In this document: positions 49,448-59,154 of the stretch, piece after piece
How positions within the stretch are numbered: position 1 is the first letter of the stretch
Layout of the letters: each line of letters opens with the position of its first letter
From: an uncultured Alphaproteobacteria bacterium
GTDB lineage: Bacteria > Pseudomonadota > Alphaproteobacteria > Rhizobiales > Rhodomicrobiaceae
Length of the DNA: 64,000 nt
Assembly (NCBI GenBank): GCA_963740975.1
Contig: CAVUGF010000051.1
Coordinates: forward strand, 7,286-71,285
Direction of reading: 5' to 3'
Notes under the pieces: model-generated
What the model saw: the letters and a program-made list of their open reading frames with translations, nothing else
The model's database searches: none
What the model was told of the DNA's origin: nothing
Made by a program: the position numbers and the translations under genes

Positions 49448-50320
49448 GTATAGCATCCTTTGATTTGCAGCTACCCCTGAAGGGGATAACGTACAACCCG
49501 CAGCAGACCCCCATCCGGCTGCGAGATGCTTTCGCCTTTCGCGAATATTATCCCCACCTCCGTGGTTTGCCTTGATTCGCGCCTTCGCAACAATCGTCAG
49601 GAACAACTTAATGGACTGTGATGCAGAAGAGTGACATGGTGTTGCGGTTGTACTCTGCGGTAACCGCAGCAATACCATCGAAATGCGACTATAGCGAGCA
49701 CGACGGCGCAAATACAACCAACACGGTTCTGCCGGTTGTTTTTCTATTCGTTGTCTGGAGCATCCCGCAACTGTGAAGCACCAGCGGTGGATTGGAGCCC
49801 GATGAGCGGGAGGAAATTGCTTCCCTGGATCGCATGGAAGGCGGTCCGGGCCTAACAGACGCAGGCACCGTCCATGCGCGCCCGCCGCAGGCACTTTTAC
49901 AACCGCAGTGAGAAAGACGTGCATAAAGGCGTTGGAACCGCGCATCGCCGCCACGGCTGGGGAGACGGCGCGCCGGAACAGAATCTGTCAGTTGCGGAGC
50001 GCGCCTTTCGAACGCAAGAAGCCTTTTGAAGACTTGGAAGCGTAGCGGCAGCGGTAAGGGGGATGAGCGCGCAAGACCGGCCCTTCATCCCTGGCCCCTC
50101 AGCGCTCGCCCCATTGCGCAGGCATTTGGGGGGGATTCGCGGTTCGAACAGGTAAACTTTACTCTAAATCAATGCGCTAACGCCCAAGCCCGCAGGCTGC
50201 GGCTCCTTTGCCTCGCCGGCAATTTGCTTCGCCTGCCGGGCGCGTTAGTCTCAATTTAGCCCTATTCCTTGGGGACTTGCGATGCCGGATGTTTCGCACC
50301 CCACGATAGGGAACCCGCTT

Positions 50321-50834
50321 ATGTTACGATTGACGAAGCTCATCGCCGCTTGCGTTGTTCTCGCCTTCGCTTCAGCTCAAGCTTTCGCTCAATCGGAGGT
50401 TGGCTCCGGCCAGGTGAAAGCCATCTACGGCGCCTGGAAGCTCAAATGCGCCCAGCTCAGCCAGCGCCAAGCTGGACAAATGCGCGCTGGTACAGGACCT
50501 GAAGCTTGAAGACAGGCCGAACATGTTCCTGACCGTGCTCATCATGCGCGCTTTCGACAGCGACAAAAAGATCCTGCGCATTGTTGCGCCCTTGGGCGTC
50601 GTTCTGCCGGCGGGGCTTGGGTTGCGCGTCGACGGCCACGACGTTGGTAATGTGAAGTTCCTCAAATGCTGGAAGTTCGGCTGCCTGGCCGAGGTCATTA
50701 TCGACGACCAGCTCGTGGGTAAGCTCACGGCCGGCCAGACGGCGAGCTTCATCGTGTTCCCAACTCCGGAATCCGGCATCGGCTTTCCCGCCCCGCTGGC
50801 CGGCCTCTCCGAGGGCTTGAAGGGGTTGAACTGA
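50321..50834 (+). CDS. Invasion-associated locus B (IalB) family protein; frameshift near 50465
   Basis: Signal peptide, YGAWKLKC, CALVQ, APLGVVLP.GLGLRVDG, C...GC.AE. Confidence 0.85.
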
Positions 50835-50964
50835 GCGGTCGCGGCCTATCCGGACTAAGATAGAAATTGTTGGAAGCTTGGTGCCACAAGAGTCGAACGT
50901 TCCGCCCCTCAGTTCATGACGCGATCCGGCGTTACGGACTGAGGCCTGTGGTGTGGTAACCGCG

Positions 50965-51606
50965 ATGAACCTTGTACTGACGCTAACCGCATTGACGCTG
51001 ATCGCTGTCCTCGGCTGGAGCTTGCACTCGCGCCGGCACAGCATTCCCTGTCCGTCCTGGCTCGGCTGGCTCATCGAACTCGATAACCCGCTATTCCGCA
51101 ACAACAGGGCTTCCGCGATCGTTGCGGGGCTCGGCTTGCGTCCGGGAATGGCCGTGCTCGATGTTGGGTGCGGTCCGGGCCGCCTGGCAATCCCGATGGC
51201 GAGGGAGGTTGGTCCGGCCGGCCAAGTCACGGCTCTCGATTTGCAAGAGGCCATGCTGCGGAAAGCCGCAAAAAAGGCGAAGAGCGCCGGCCTGAGCAAC
51301 ATCGCGTTCAGACAAGCTGACATCGCCGGGGGCATTCGTGGCGATGGCCCATTCGACCGCGCAACGCTTGTTACCGTGCTGGGCGAAGTTCCAGACAAGC
51401 GCGCGGCACTTGAGGCGATTTTCGCTGGCCTCAAGCCCGGCGGCGTCCTGGCCGTTACCGAGATCGTAGCCGACCCGCACTTCCAGCGGCGAGCTTCGGT
51501 CATTTCTCTCGCGCAAAGCGTAGGCTTTCACGAGCGCGGCCGCAGAGGGGGCTTGCTGTCTTACACGCTCTATCTCGAAAAACCGGCGATGCGCGATGAC
51601 AAATGA
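50965..51606 (+). CDS. Class I SAM-dependent methyltransferase
   Basis: VLDVGCGPG, ALDLQEAML, LKPGG. Confidence 0.9.
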   Translation: MNLVLTLTALTLIAVLGWSLHSRRHSIPCPSWLGWLIELDNPLFRNNRASAIVAGLGLRPGMAVLDVGCGPGRLAIPMAREVGPAGQVTALDLQEAMLRKAAKKAKSAGLSNIAFRQADIAGGIRGDGPFDRATLVTVLGEVPDKRAALEAIFAGLKPGGVLAVTEIVADPHFQRRASVISLAQSVGFHERGRRGGLLSYTLYLEKPAMRDDK

Positions 51607-51740
51607 CGGCATACCGGCCCTAACCTGGCGGTCAGCTTCGGATAAGGAACTTCTCGTAAAATTGTAGGCCTGCTTGGCGGGCGCCCGTTCGCTGGGCACC
51701 ATTGCCACGGGTGCGCCAAGGTTGCCAGGGGAGATTTCCA

Positions 51741-51959
51741 ATGCCGCTTCCATCCGTGACGCATCCGGTTTGGGAAAAGCTTATGACCCGCAAGGTCAAG
51801 CATACGTTTTCCCTCTTTGCGGCAAACATGGCCGTCGATCACGCGGTGCGGGCATATCAAGCTGATCCCTTGCAAAAAGAAAAGCTTGCAGGCGAGCTTC
51901 GTAGCTTCTTCTCGAAATATGAGAAGTTTACGCTGACAGAAGTAGAGCGGCTCATGTAA
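51741..51959 (+). CDS. Small hypothetical protein (72 aa), co-transcribed with the FIST-like gene
   Basis: GGGGAG RBS; stop 13 nt before the next ATG, which has its own GGAGG. Confidence 0.7.
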   Translation: MPLPSVTHPVWEKLMTRKVKHTFSLFAANMAVDHAVRAYQADPLQKEKLAGELRSFFSKYEKFTLTEVERLM

Positions 51960-51972
51960 AAGGGAGGTGATT

Positions 51973-52956
51973 ATGTCCAAGCTTTGCAATATTTCCGAGG
52001 CGAACGCTCTAATCGATGCAGGGAAGCGTCTCCATGTGGCGGGCGACGAGGGGGCGCTGGCCGGCCTGCACCGGGGTACCTGGATCGGCGGCACGATTCC
52101 TTACTTCCTCACCCGCGAGGGCGGCGTCGTGGACCGCAACCGCGTGTTCGTTACCGAACTGCCGGAGAGCGTGACTGGAGTTAGAACCGCGCTGGTTGCG
52201 GAGGACGAGCTTGCCAAGGTACCAGGCGAAGCGCCTGGGAACGGCTTCTCGCTCGCGATCCTTCCTGGCATGAGCCGCATTCACGCGTACTACGCGCTCA
52301 ATGCCGAGCGGCTGCCGAAGCTGTACGAACACCCGATTATTGGATGGGTTTCTGGCGTGCACCTGAGCGAACTCGGCACAGCCAAACCCAAGGTCGTGGA
52401 CGGCAAGACCGGCGAGTTTTGCGGCGAGCGCCTCGCCATCCTGCACGCGAGCCTTCCTGAATCCCAGATTGCCAGCGTTGGCATCGTCAATGTCTTCCAG
52501 CAAGGCGCTGGAGACAGGATCGTGTTCGATGAGACAAGCTTTTCGGGCGCTGGCTGCCTCATCAACGGCACCAAGACCAACTTCTACGATTACGTCAAGG
52601 AGCACAAGCTCGACCTGCAATTGCCCCTCGTCGCCAACCGCTCAGGAGAGATGATTAACGTTAGCTTCCAGGCTCTCGACGAGGCCTCCCACGCGGTAAA
52701 GTTCTATGCCCCGGTGCTGGAGCGCGTGGAATACCGGCAGGCGGCTCCCATTGGCGACTACCGGGCGGCATTCGCCGGACGCGTGAAGGATCTCGGTATC
52801 TCGCCAGCCTTTTCCTGCAACTGCATTCTCAACTACCTTTACGGCCATTTGGAAGGGAAGCAGGACATCCCAATCGGCGGCCCGGCGACGTTCGGCGAGA
52901 TTGCCTATGTGCTGCTCAACCAGACCATGGTTTACCTGACCGTTCAGAAAGCCTGA
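51973..52956 (+). CDS. DUF6976-like protein with FIST-C-like C-terminus
   Basis: AGDE..L, WIGGTIPYF, GWVSGVHL, FYAPV, SCNCILNYLYG.LEGK, GPATFGEIAYVLLNQT. Confidence 0.75.
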   Translation: MSKLCNISEANALIDAGKRLHVAGDEGALAGLHRGTWIGGTIPYFLTREGGVVDRNRVFVTELPESVTGVRTALVAEDELAKVPGEAPGNGFSLAILPGMSRIHAYYALNAERLPKLYEHPIIGWVSGVHLSELGTAKPKVVDGKTGEFCGERLAILHASLPESQIASVGIVNVFQQGAGDRIVFDETSFSGAGCLINGTKTNFYDYVKEHKLDLQLPLVANRSGEMINVSFQALDEASHAVKFYAPVLERVEYRQAAPIGDYRAAFAGRVKDLGISPAFSCNCILNYLYGHLEGKQDIPIGGPATFGEIAYVLLNQTMVYLTVQKA

Positions 52957-52959
52957 GCT

Positions 52960-53620
52960 GAGCTGGAGCGGCGCGCGGATCGATGCGCCGCTTCCTCGCA
53001 TCCTCCGCCGGCGTTGGGTCGGTTGGCCGCCGCGCGGTCCCAATTTCCGATCTGGTACCCCACGGCAGCATGATGACGCATGCAGCCGATCCAAGGTCCG
53101 GCCGCGAGTTGCTCACCTTACGCGAGCGCATGCGGGCGTGGCGCTTCTACGACCATTTCCGCACCGATCGCGATGCGCCAGCGCGCCTCTCCCGGCCCGG
53201 CACCCGCACCTTCGCGCTGGCAAGCGACGGCGCCGGCCTCGCTGCGGCCATACAAACGGTCATCGAAAACGGCGACGATCTGGCTCTGAGCGATGCTATC
53301 GCCGACGCCTTCCCTGGAGCCTCCATCGCCATCGACGAGAGTGACGGCCTCTTTGAGCTGCGCATGAAGCAGCACGGTCTCCTGCGGCCGTTGCGCGACT
53401 CCGAGCTTTCCGGTGGAACGCTGCGCTATCTTCTGCTGGTGGCAGCACTCATGACGCCCAGCCCGCCACCGCTCATCGTGCTGAACGAGCCGGAGACGAG
53501 CCTGCATCCCGCCGCTGGGGCAGATCATCGTCGCGACGCATTCGGCGGCGCTGGCGGACCTCCTGCGCGAAGCCGGCGGCGCCGTGCACGAACGGGTCAA
53601 GGAGGCAAGCGAAACCGCCG
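52960..53620 (+). pseudogene. 5'-truncated ABC/AAA_21-type ATPase
   Basis: WRFYDHFRTD, LSGGTLRYL, LNEPETSLHP present; Walker A region absent. Confidence 0.8.
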
Positions 53621-53766
53621 TACGGGATTTGCCTGCACAAACATGGGCATGGCCCTCGCGCTGACGAGACCCTCCCTGATCCGTGTCCGCCGGTTTTTTT
53701 CCCGCAATGCGCCCTTGATTAGTCCCGCCGTTTCATTTCCGTCCAGGAGCTTGCGGCTGGCGGAGG

Positions 53767-54255
53767 ATGAGTGCGATGTTTGGAGTGCCCGAAAAAATCC
53801 TTGTCCTGCATGACGGCTATCACGCGAAATATATCGGCAAGCTGGCGGACGGCTCGCAGTTCTTCCTAAGCAGTACATTCGATCCTGCGATAGGGGGAAA
53901 ATCGCGCCGCGAATTTGTCGTGCTCTTTATATTCTACGATGACGGCACCTTGATTGAAGACCGAATCGATGACGCCGGAATCCTTGGAGAGGCCGTACAA
54001 GCCACCGTTCTGCCCGGTAACAAGATCCAATCCAATGAAATAGTAGATGAAAGAATAAGACGGTAGCTTGCAGCGCTTGACGATTTCAGGTTCGATGACA
54101 TACAAATCAGACCGTTTGACATCGAGCGCTTCGGCATCCAGTTTGGTTTCATCCCGTTCGCACCGGAAGAGGAAGACGAAGACTGGTGTGTGGAATTTCA
54201 TCCTGGAAACTTCATGGCCTTTTATCCCCCCTGGGATGGCGAATACGACACATAA
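53767..54255 (+). CDS. Acidic hypothetical protein with a frameshift near 54060
   Basis: GGAGG RBS; lower GC; reading continues in another frame as LAALDDFRFDDIQIRPF...MAFYPPWDGEYDT*. Confidence 0.6.
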
Positions 54256-54511
54256 GCCGGCGATATAGGGAGTTCAGCTCATAGGCACGTCCCCGGTGCA
54301 GCTTAAACACCAGCCAGCCACCAGCTAAGTGTGCATTCTATGGCACGGCTGCGTGCGGCAAAATAGCGTTCCCATCTTCCGCCGGCTCTATTTTTGGGTT
54401 AGACAGTATTAACTATTATCTGCAATATGAGTAAAACAGTACAGATGAAGCTTGATGCTTTTCTTTGTATTTCGGATTCACCCGCCTCCGGCAATACCCA
54501 GGATTAACACG

Positions 54512-54994
54512 ATGCACACCGAACTCGAACTAGCAGCCTGGACCACCGACATCGTCTCGGCTTATGTATCTAACAACGCCATCAGCGGCGAAAAGCTTCC
54601 CGAATTTATCGGCACGGTCTATAGGGCGCTGAGCAATGCCTCGGTGCAACAGGTCGAACAGCCGAAAGTTGAGCTGAAGCCCGCCGTACCGGTCAAGAAA
54701 TCCCTGACCCAAGACCACATCGTCTGCCTCGAAGACGGCAAAAAGTTCAAATCGCTCAAGCGGCACCTGCAAGCGCACTACGGGTTGTCTCCTGACGAGT
54801 ACCGCCAGAAGTGGGGCTTGCCGCGCGATTATCCGATGGTGGCTCCGGCCTACGCAGCCGCCCGCTCGAACCTAGCCAAGACCATGGGCCTGGGCTGGCG
54901 CGCCGGTGAAACTGTAGCAGCTTCCGCTGGCACTGCGGCGGGTAAGGAGCGCGGCAAGCGCGCCAAACCGGCAGCCAAGGCGGGGCGGAAATAG
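54512..54994 (+). CDS. mucR: MucR/Ros family regulator
   Basis: TTDIVSAYVSNN, PAVPVKKS, CLEDGKKFKSLKRHL, WGLPRDYPMVAP.YA..RS.LAK.MGLG. Confidence 0.95.
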   Translation: MHTELELAAWTTDIVSAYVSNNAISGEKLPEFIGTVYRALSNASVQQVEQPKVELKPAVPVKKSLTQDHIVCLEDGKKFKSLKRHLQAHYGLSPDEYRQKWGLPRDYPMVAPAYAAARSNLAKTMGLGWRAGETVAASAGTAAGKERGKRAKPAAKAGRK

Positions 54995-55030
54995 TCCGCG
55001 GCCATCCGCATTCAAACGTCATGCTAAATT

Positions 55031-55053
55031 GGGCTGAGCACTTTGCTCAGCCC
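55031..55053. terminator. Hairpin between convergent genes
   Basis: GGGCTGAGCA-CTT-TGCTCAGCCC perfect stem. Confidence 0.65.
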
Positions 55054-55108
55054 GTTATGATGTCAATGCCGAAAGTATTTTCCCGGACCTTTGCGAATAG
55101 CGGCTACC

Positions 55109-55474
55109 TCAAGCTTCGCCATTGCAGAATATGGAAACAGTCTTATCATCCTGAACATCGTATTTTAGATGAACCACAGTGCAGCCGCCATCGAATATAA
55201 AAGGCGCAACTGCTTGGTTCGCGATTTTTACGCCGCCGGCTTCCCAGGATTTATACAAGAATGTGCCGTCCAGGATCTGGCGCTCTCCAGATGAAGTACC
55301 GAAGTAATATCTCGTGTAGACCTCCAGCGGCTTCGAGCCGGGCGGAAGCACAAGTTGCTTTTCGATCCTTTGAATCAGAGCAGGATCGGGAGACCAATTT
55401 TGCGCATGGACGGAGCCCGAGGCTGCCAAAATCGCCACCGCAGCAACTCTACTTGTCAGCCTTCCGCTCTTCAT
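55109..55474 (-). CDS. Small exported protein with C-terminal DGGC...CNGEA
   Basis: Signal peptide MKSGRLTSRVAAVAILAASGSVHA; ATG overlaps the ampG stop. Confidence 0.7.
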   Translation of the reverse strand: MKSGRLTSRVAAVAILAASGSVHAQNWSPDPALIQRIEKQLVLPPGSKPLEVYTRYYFGTSSGERQILDGTFLYKSWEAGGVKIANQAVAPFIFDGGCTVVHLKYDVQDDKTVSIFCNGEA

Positions 55475-56831
55475 GGACCTTCGCTCCGCCGCGCCATCGC
55501 CGGAGCGGGTGCAGGTGCGGGCAAGGGCAACACCTCCTCTTCCTCCACGCCTTGGGCAAGCGTGCCGCGCCAGATGTGAAGGCAAAGCAGCGCGACCGGG
55601 TATGCCGATGGCCGCGGTCGAGCGAAGAACAGCTGGATAGCCCATCGCCTCACCATCATCCCCGAGAGCCCGCCGACGAACTTGCCGGGCAGCGCGTAGA
55701 GCGAGGACAGCAGCGCATATTGCGTCGCCGCATAACCCGGCGAGACCAGCGACGACATATAGGCGATCAGCGCCGCCCCGGCGAAGCCCGACGGCGAAGC
55801 TCTCGACGCTGACGGCAAGCGTCAGGAGATCGAGCCGGCCGGGATGGCCGGCCAGAAGGCCAGCGACAGGTGCGAGGCCGAGGCGGCGACGCCGCCGATG
55901 AGCAGCGTCGGCATCAGCCCGAGCGGCCGGAAAGCCAGCCGCCGGCGAAGGCGCCGGCGATGCCGATCCACACGCCATAAAGCTTCGAGCACGGTCGCGA
56001 TGTCCGATTTGGTGAAGCCGAGGTCGATGTAGAGCGGGTTCGCCATCACGCCGGAGACGAAATCGGGCAGGCGGTAGAGCGCGACCAGCAACAGGATCGG
56101 CACGATCGTCGACGGCATGGCGGCGCACGAGATCGGCGAGCGGCTCGACGAACGAAGTCTGAAACGTCGGCGCCGGCCCGGCTCGCGACGCGGTCGAGCT
56201 TCGGCGACAGCAGGCAGGCGATCATGCCAACCCCCATCAGCGCCGCCATGCACGAGATAGGCGAGCCGCCAGCCGCCGAAATCGGCGAGATAGAGCGCCC
56301 CTGCCCCGGCGCAGATCATCGCCAGCCGGTAGCCGAGGCTATAGACCGCCGACATCATGCCCTGCCGCTCAGGCGGCGCGGCGTCGATGCGCCAGCCGTC
56401 GATGGTCACGTCCTGCGTCGCCGCCGCAGAAGGCGGTAAGCGCGGCGAAGCCGATGCTCCAGATGAGCCCGGTGGCGAGGCTTGGCGAAAGCCGAGGCCG
56501 ATAGAGCCCGAGCCGCGACGCCAAGCTGGGCGAGCAGCATCCAGCCCCGGCGCCGGCCGAGAAGACGCGCCAGGCCCGGCACATCGAAGCGGTCGATAAT
56601 CGGCGCCCAGAGGAACTTGAACGAATAGGCCAGCGCGCAATAGCTCATCAGACCGATCTCGGCGATCGACGCCTTCGCCTCGCGCAGCCACGCCGATTGC
56701 GTGGAGAAGATCAGCAGGAACGGCAGGCCCGAGGAATAGCCGAGGCCCAGCATCAGCGCGAGGCGCGGATCGGCCAGGATTTCGGCGGTGAGCCTGCCCA
56801 GCCTCAATTTCCGGTCATTACCTGTTGTCAT
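55471..56831 (-). pseudogene. ampG: AmpG-like muropeptide MFS permease with many frameshifts
   Basis: LGYSSGLPF, FKFLWAPIID, RRRGW, ATQDVTIDGWRI, GYRLA, ATQYALLSSL in different frames. Confidence 0.85.
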
Positions 56832-57177
56832 ACTCTCTTATAGCCCGAAGTGCCCGCTTGTCATGCGCACTCTTATGCTGCGGGACTGACAGCGGGCAAG
56901 TTGACCTGCCCGGCTTTTCCGGACCACGGCCAACTTTAGACGGCTGCCTGCTTTCTGCTTTTCTGTCCCTTGCGGGACGGCGATGCGAGGGGGGAGCGCG
57001 AAGGCTCCATCTTGCTTCTTCGCCAGGCACAGAATGCGTAGGGCTTGCACCACTGGCCGGAAGCCGCGCGTTCGCCTGGGCCGCGACGAACCGCTGCAGC
57101 CGGGATAAGTTTCGCCATTATCCACGCAAGCTAAAGACACAAGCTAGCAGCCTGTCGGACTGAGGCTCACAGCTAAG

Positions 57178-57410
57178 GTATACTGAGTTGACGCCATAAC
57201 CCGAAAATCCTTTGGGTTGATGACGCGGAAGTTGTCCGTGACCGAATTGCACAGGTCCGCCCAGTTTTGCGGGACTTTCTCGCGTAAAAAGGTGAGCACT
57301 TCGTCCGCGAACTCCCGCGACGTGGCATAGCACTTGTTGTGCGTCACGTGTTTGTGCATCGCGCCCCATAATCGCTCGATGGGGTTCGGGTGCGGGCAAT
57401 AGATGATATG
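57178..57410 (-). mobile_element. IS630-family transposase 3' fragment
   Basis: YCPHPNPIERLWGAMHKHVTHNKCY...VTDNFRVI. Confidence 0.8.
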
Positions 57411-57494
57411 GGGCGAGCGGCGAAGCAGGTCGCATCGTCGCGAACAACCGAAATGCTGGCACCTGAAACAAAGACATTCGTCCCATGATAAACA

Positions 57495-57738
57495 ATTTTG
57501 ATCTTGCGATCCCCGTCATATCGCGCCACACACCGGCGCAAAATGTGCCACGGCAGATGCTCCATCAGTTGCGTAAAAGCAAACTGCCCCGAGTACATGG
57601 CTCCCTCCGCGAAATTGGTTCGCGAAGGTCAGGGAAAAACAGGAAAAAATTCAAGTCGGTAACGCCGAAAAATGGTCGTTTCTTACGATGTTTCAATAAC
57701 CTATATCGTCACCGTCAGAGAACGCTGGGACACTAGTG
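57495..57738 (-). mobile_element. IS4-family (DUF4372-type) left end and transposase N-terminus
   Basis: MYSGQFAFTQLMEHLPWH..RRCVARY.GDRKIK; terminal CACTAGTGTCC-like end at 57738. Confidence 0.75.
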
Positions 57739-57747
57739 TGCTTGACC

Positions 57748-57933
57748 ATGTATTTTGCGCATTCATCAAATGACGCCAGCAAGGGTGACTGGCAGCCCCT
57801 TGCGCAGCATTTGTCAGAAGTGGCCGAGCTTGCCGCGCTGTTTGCGGGGCCTTGCGGATGCGAGCGAGCAGCCCGGATCGCAGGGCTTTTGCACGACCTT
57901 GGAAAGTATCATCGCGATTTTCAGCGACGGCTG
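57748..57933 (+). pseudogene. cas3: Cas3 HD-domain N-terminal fragment
   Basis: MYFAHS....WQPLAQHL..VA...GLLHDLGKY...FQRRL. Confidence 0.85.
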
Positions 57934-58151
57934 TGGGAGGAGAACAGGTTCACAGCCGAAGGCCACATGCTGCATGTTGCCGCCGACAAGCCCGCGGCGG
58001 CCCGCGCGTTCGCGGCGTGCGGCGCGTGACCGCCCTCGCGATCGGCTCGCAGCGCCTTGGGATCGCCGGCGTCGCCGATCTCGTCGAATTCCGCGAGGAG
58101 GGCGGCCGGGAGATCGCGTTTCCGGTGGAATACAAGCGCGGCAAACCGAAG
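57928..58151 (+). pseudogene. cas4: Cas4 internal fragment
   Basis: WEENRFTAEG..LH; GIAGVADLVEF; PVEYKRGKPK (RecB-like D..ExK). Confidence 0.85.
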
Positions 58152-58298
58152 CGGCGACCCAAACCAGACACTTGCGGGCTCGCGTTTCCTGAGTTTGTCT
58201 TCGCCGGATCGCACTAGTGGCCTGCGGCTCGGCATGCCCGCAGGAAATCCATTGACATGGAGATGCATCGTTTCATGATGGGCACCGGAGGTACAACG

Positions 58299-58682
58299 AT
58301 GCTGGCCGCCGGAAGGACGTTCGTCGCTTTCCTCATCGCCGTCTGTCTTACCTTTGCGCCAATCGCGGGCGCGCGGGCGATGCACGCCGCGTTCAAGAAT
58401 ACCGGCGCGGTGGTTGCCGCCGCGGACCAGGCCCCAGATTGCCATAAGGCCAAGCGCCATCATGATGCACCCGCCAGCCACGCATGCTGCGATCATGGTT
58501 CCAAGTCCAAATGCCCCGACGAGGGATGCGGCTGCGCCTTTGGTTGCGGCGCTCAGACGCTGGCGGTATTCGCCATGCCCGAACCGTTATGGCTGACCGG
58601 CGGGAGCGGGTTCGAAACGCCGAACTCCGCCGGTCCGCCCGGCCTTCGCCTAAATCCCCAGGGCCCCCCGCCCAGAGCCTGA
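58299..58682 (+). CDS. CutF/CruR (DUF2946)-like Cys/His-rich leader protein
   Basis: GGAGG RBS; hydrophobic signal; DCH, HACCDH, KC....CGC...C; C-terminal NPQGPPPRA. Confidence 0.75.
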   Translation: MLAAGRTFVAFLIAVCLTFAPIAGARAMHAAFKNTGAVVAAADQAPDCHKAKRHHDAPASHACCDHGSKSKCPDEGCGCAFGCGAQTLAVFAMPEPLWLTGGSGFETPNSAGPPGLRLNPQGPPPRA

Positions 58683-58756
58683 TCCTTCCCAAGCGTACAT
58701 TCCAAAGCGCCGCACCCGCGTGCGCTCAACCCGCGCATTTCAAGGACAGGATCATG
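58680..58756 (+). promoter_or_regulatory. Putative RBS-sequestering stem
   Basis: TGATCCTTCC (58680-58689) pairs with GGACAGGATCA (58744-58754, one bulged C), covering the SD and the A of the ATG. Confidence 0.6.
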
Positions 58757-59150
58757 ACCAAGAGAACGATTACCTTCGCAGGCACAGCACTCGCCCTCGC
58801 CGCTTCCCTTTCCATGGCTCAGGCCGGCGGAAAAGACTATGAATTCCGCCCCATACAGACCGAAGTAAAAAGCGGCACTGGCGGCGATGTAAGAGTGCGG
58901 CTCGTCCAGAAAGCCGGCGGAACGCCTATAGCCGCCGCGGTGATCTTCCGTAGCCGCCTCGACATGTCCCCCGAAGATATGGGCGGCATGACCGGCACCG
59001 TTGCCCCCGAGCCATCGGGCGAACCGGGCGTCTACCGCTTCAAGGCCGAACCAACCATGGCCGGCAAATGGGGCGCTAAAGCTCATGGCCAAGGTGCCCG
59101 GCGAGAGCGAGACCGTCGAAGGCTCGGTCATCGTTACGGCCAAGGACTGA
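58754..59150 (+). CDS. FixH/YtkA-like periplasmic protein (frameshift near 59072)
   Basis: Signal peptide; DYEF, VRL, AVIF.SRLDM.P..M..M, PGVYRF, MAGKW, KVPGE.ETV.G. Confidence 0.75.
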
Positions 59151-59154
59151 GCCC

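Noticed and set aside
56900-57110. Possible IS3-type terminal repeat (TGACCTGCCC...) and DUF1810-like fragment (LQRFVAAQ)
   Set aside because: Matches are too short, with no partner end or continuing ORF
58150-58300. CRISPR array after the cas4 fragment
   Set aside because: No repeated 30-37 bp unit was seen here or elsewhere in the window
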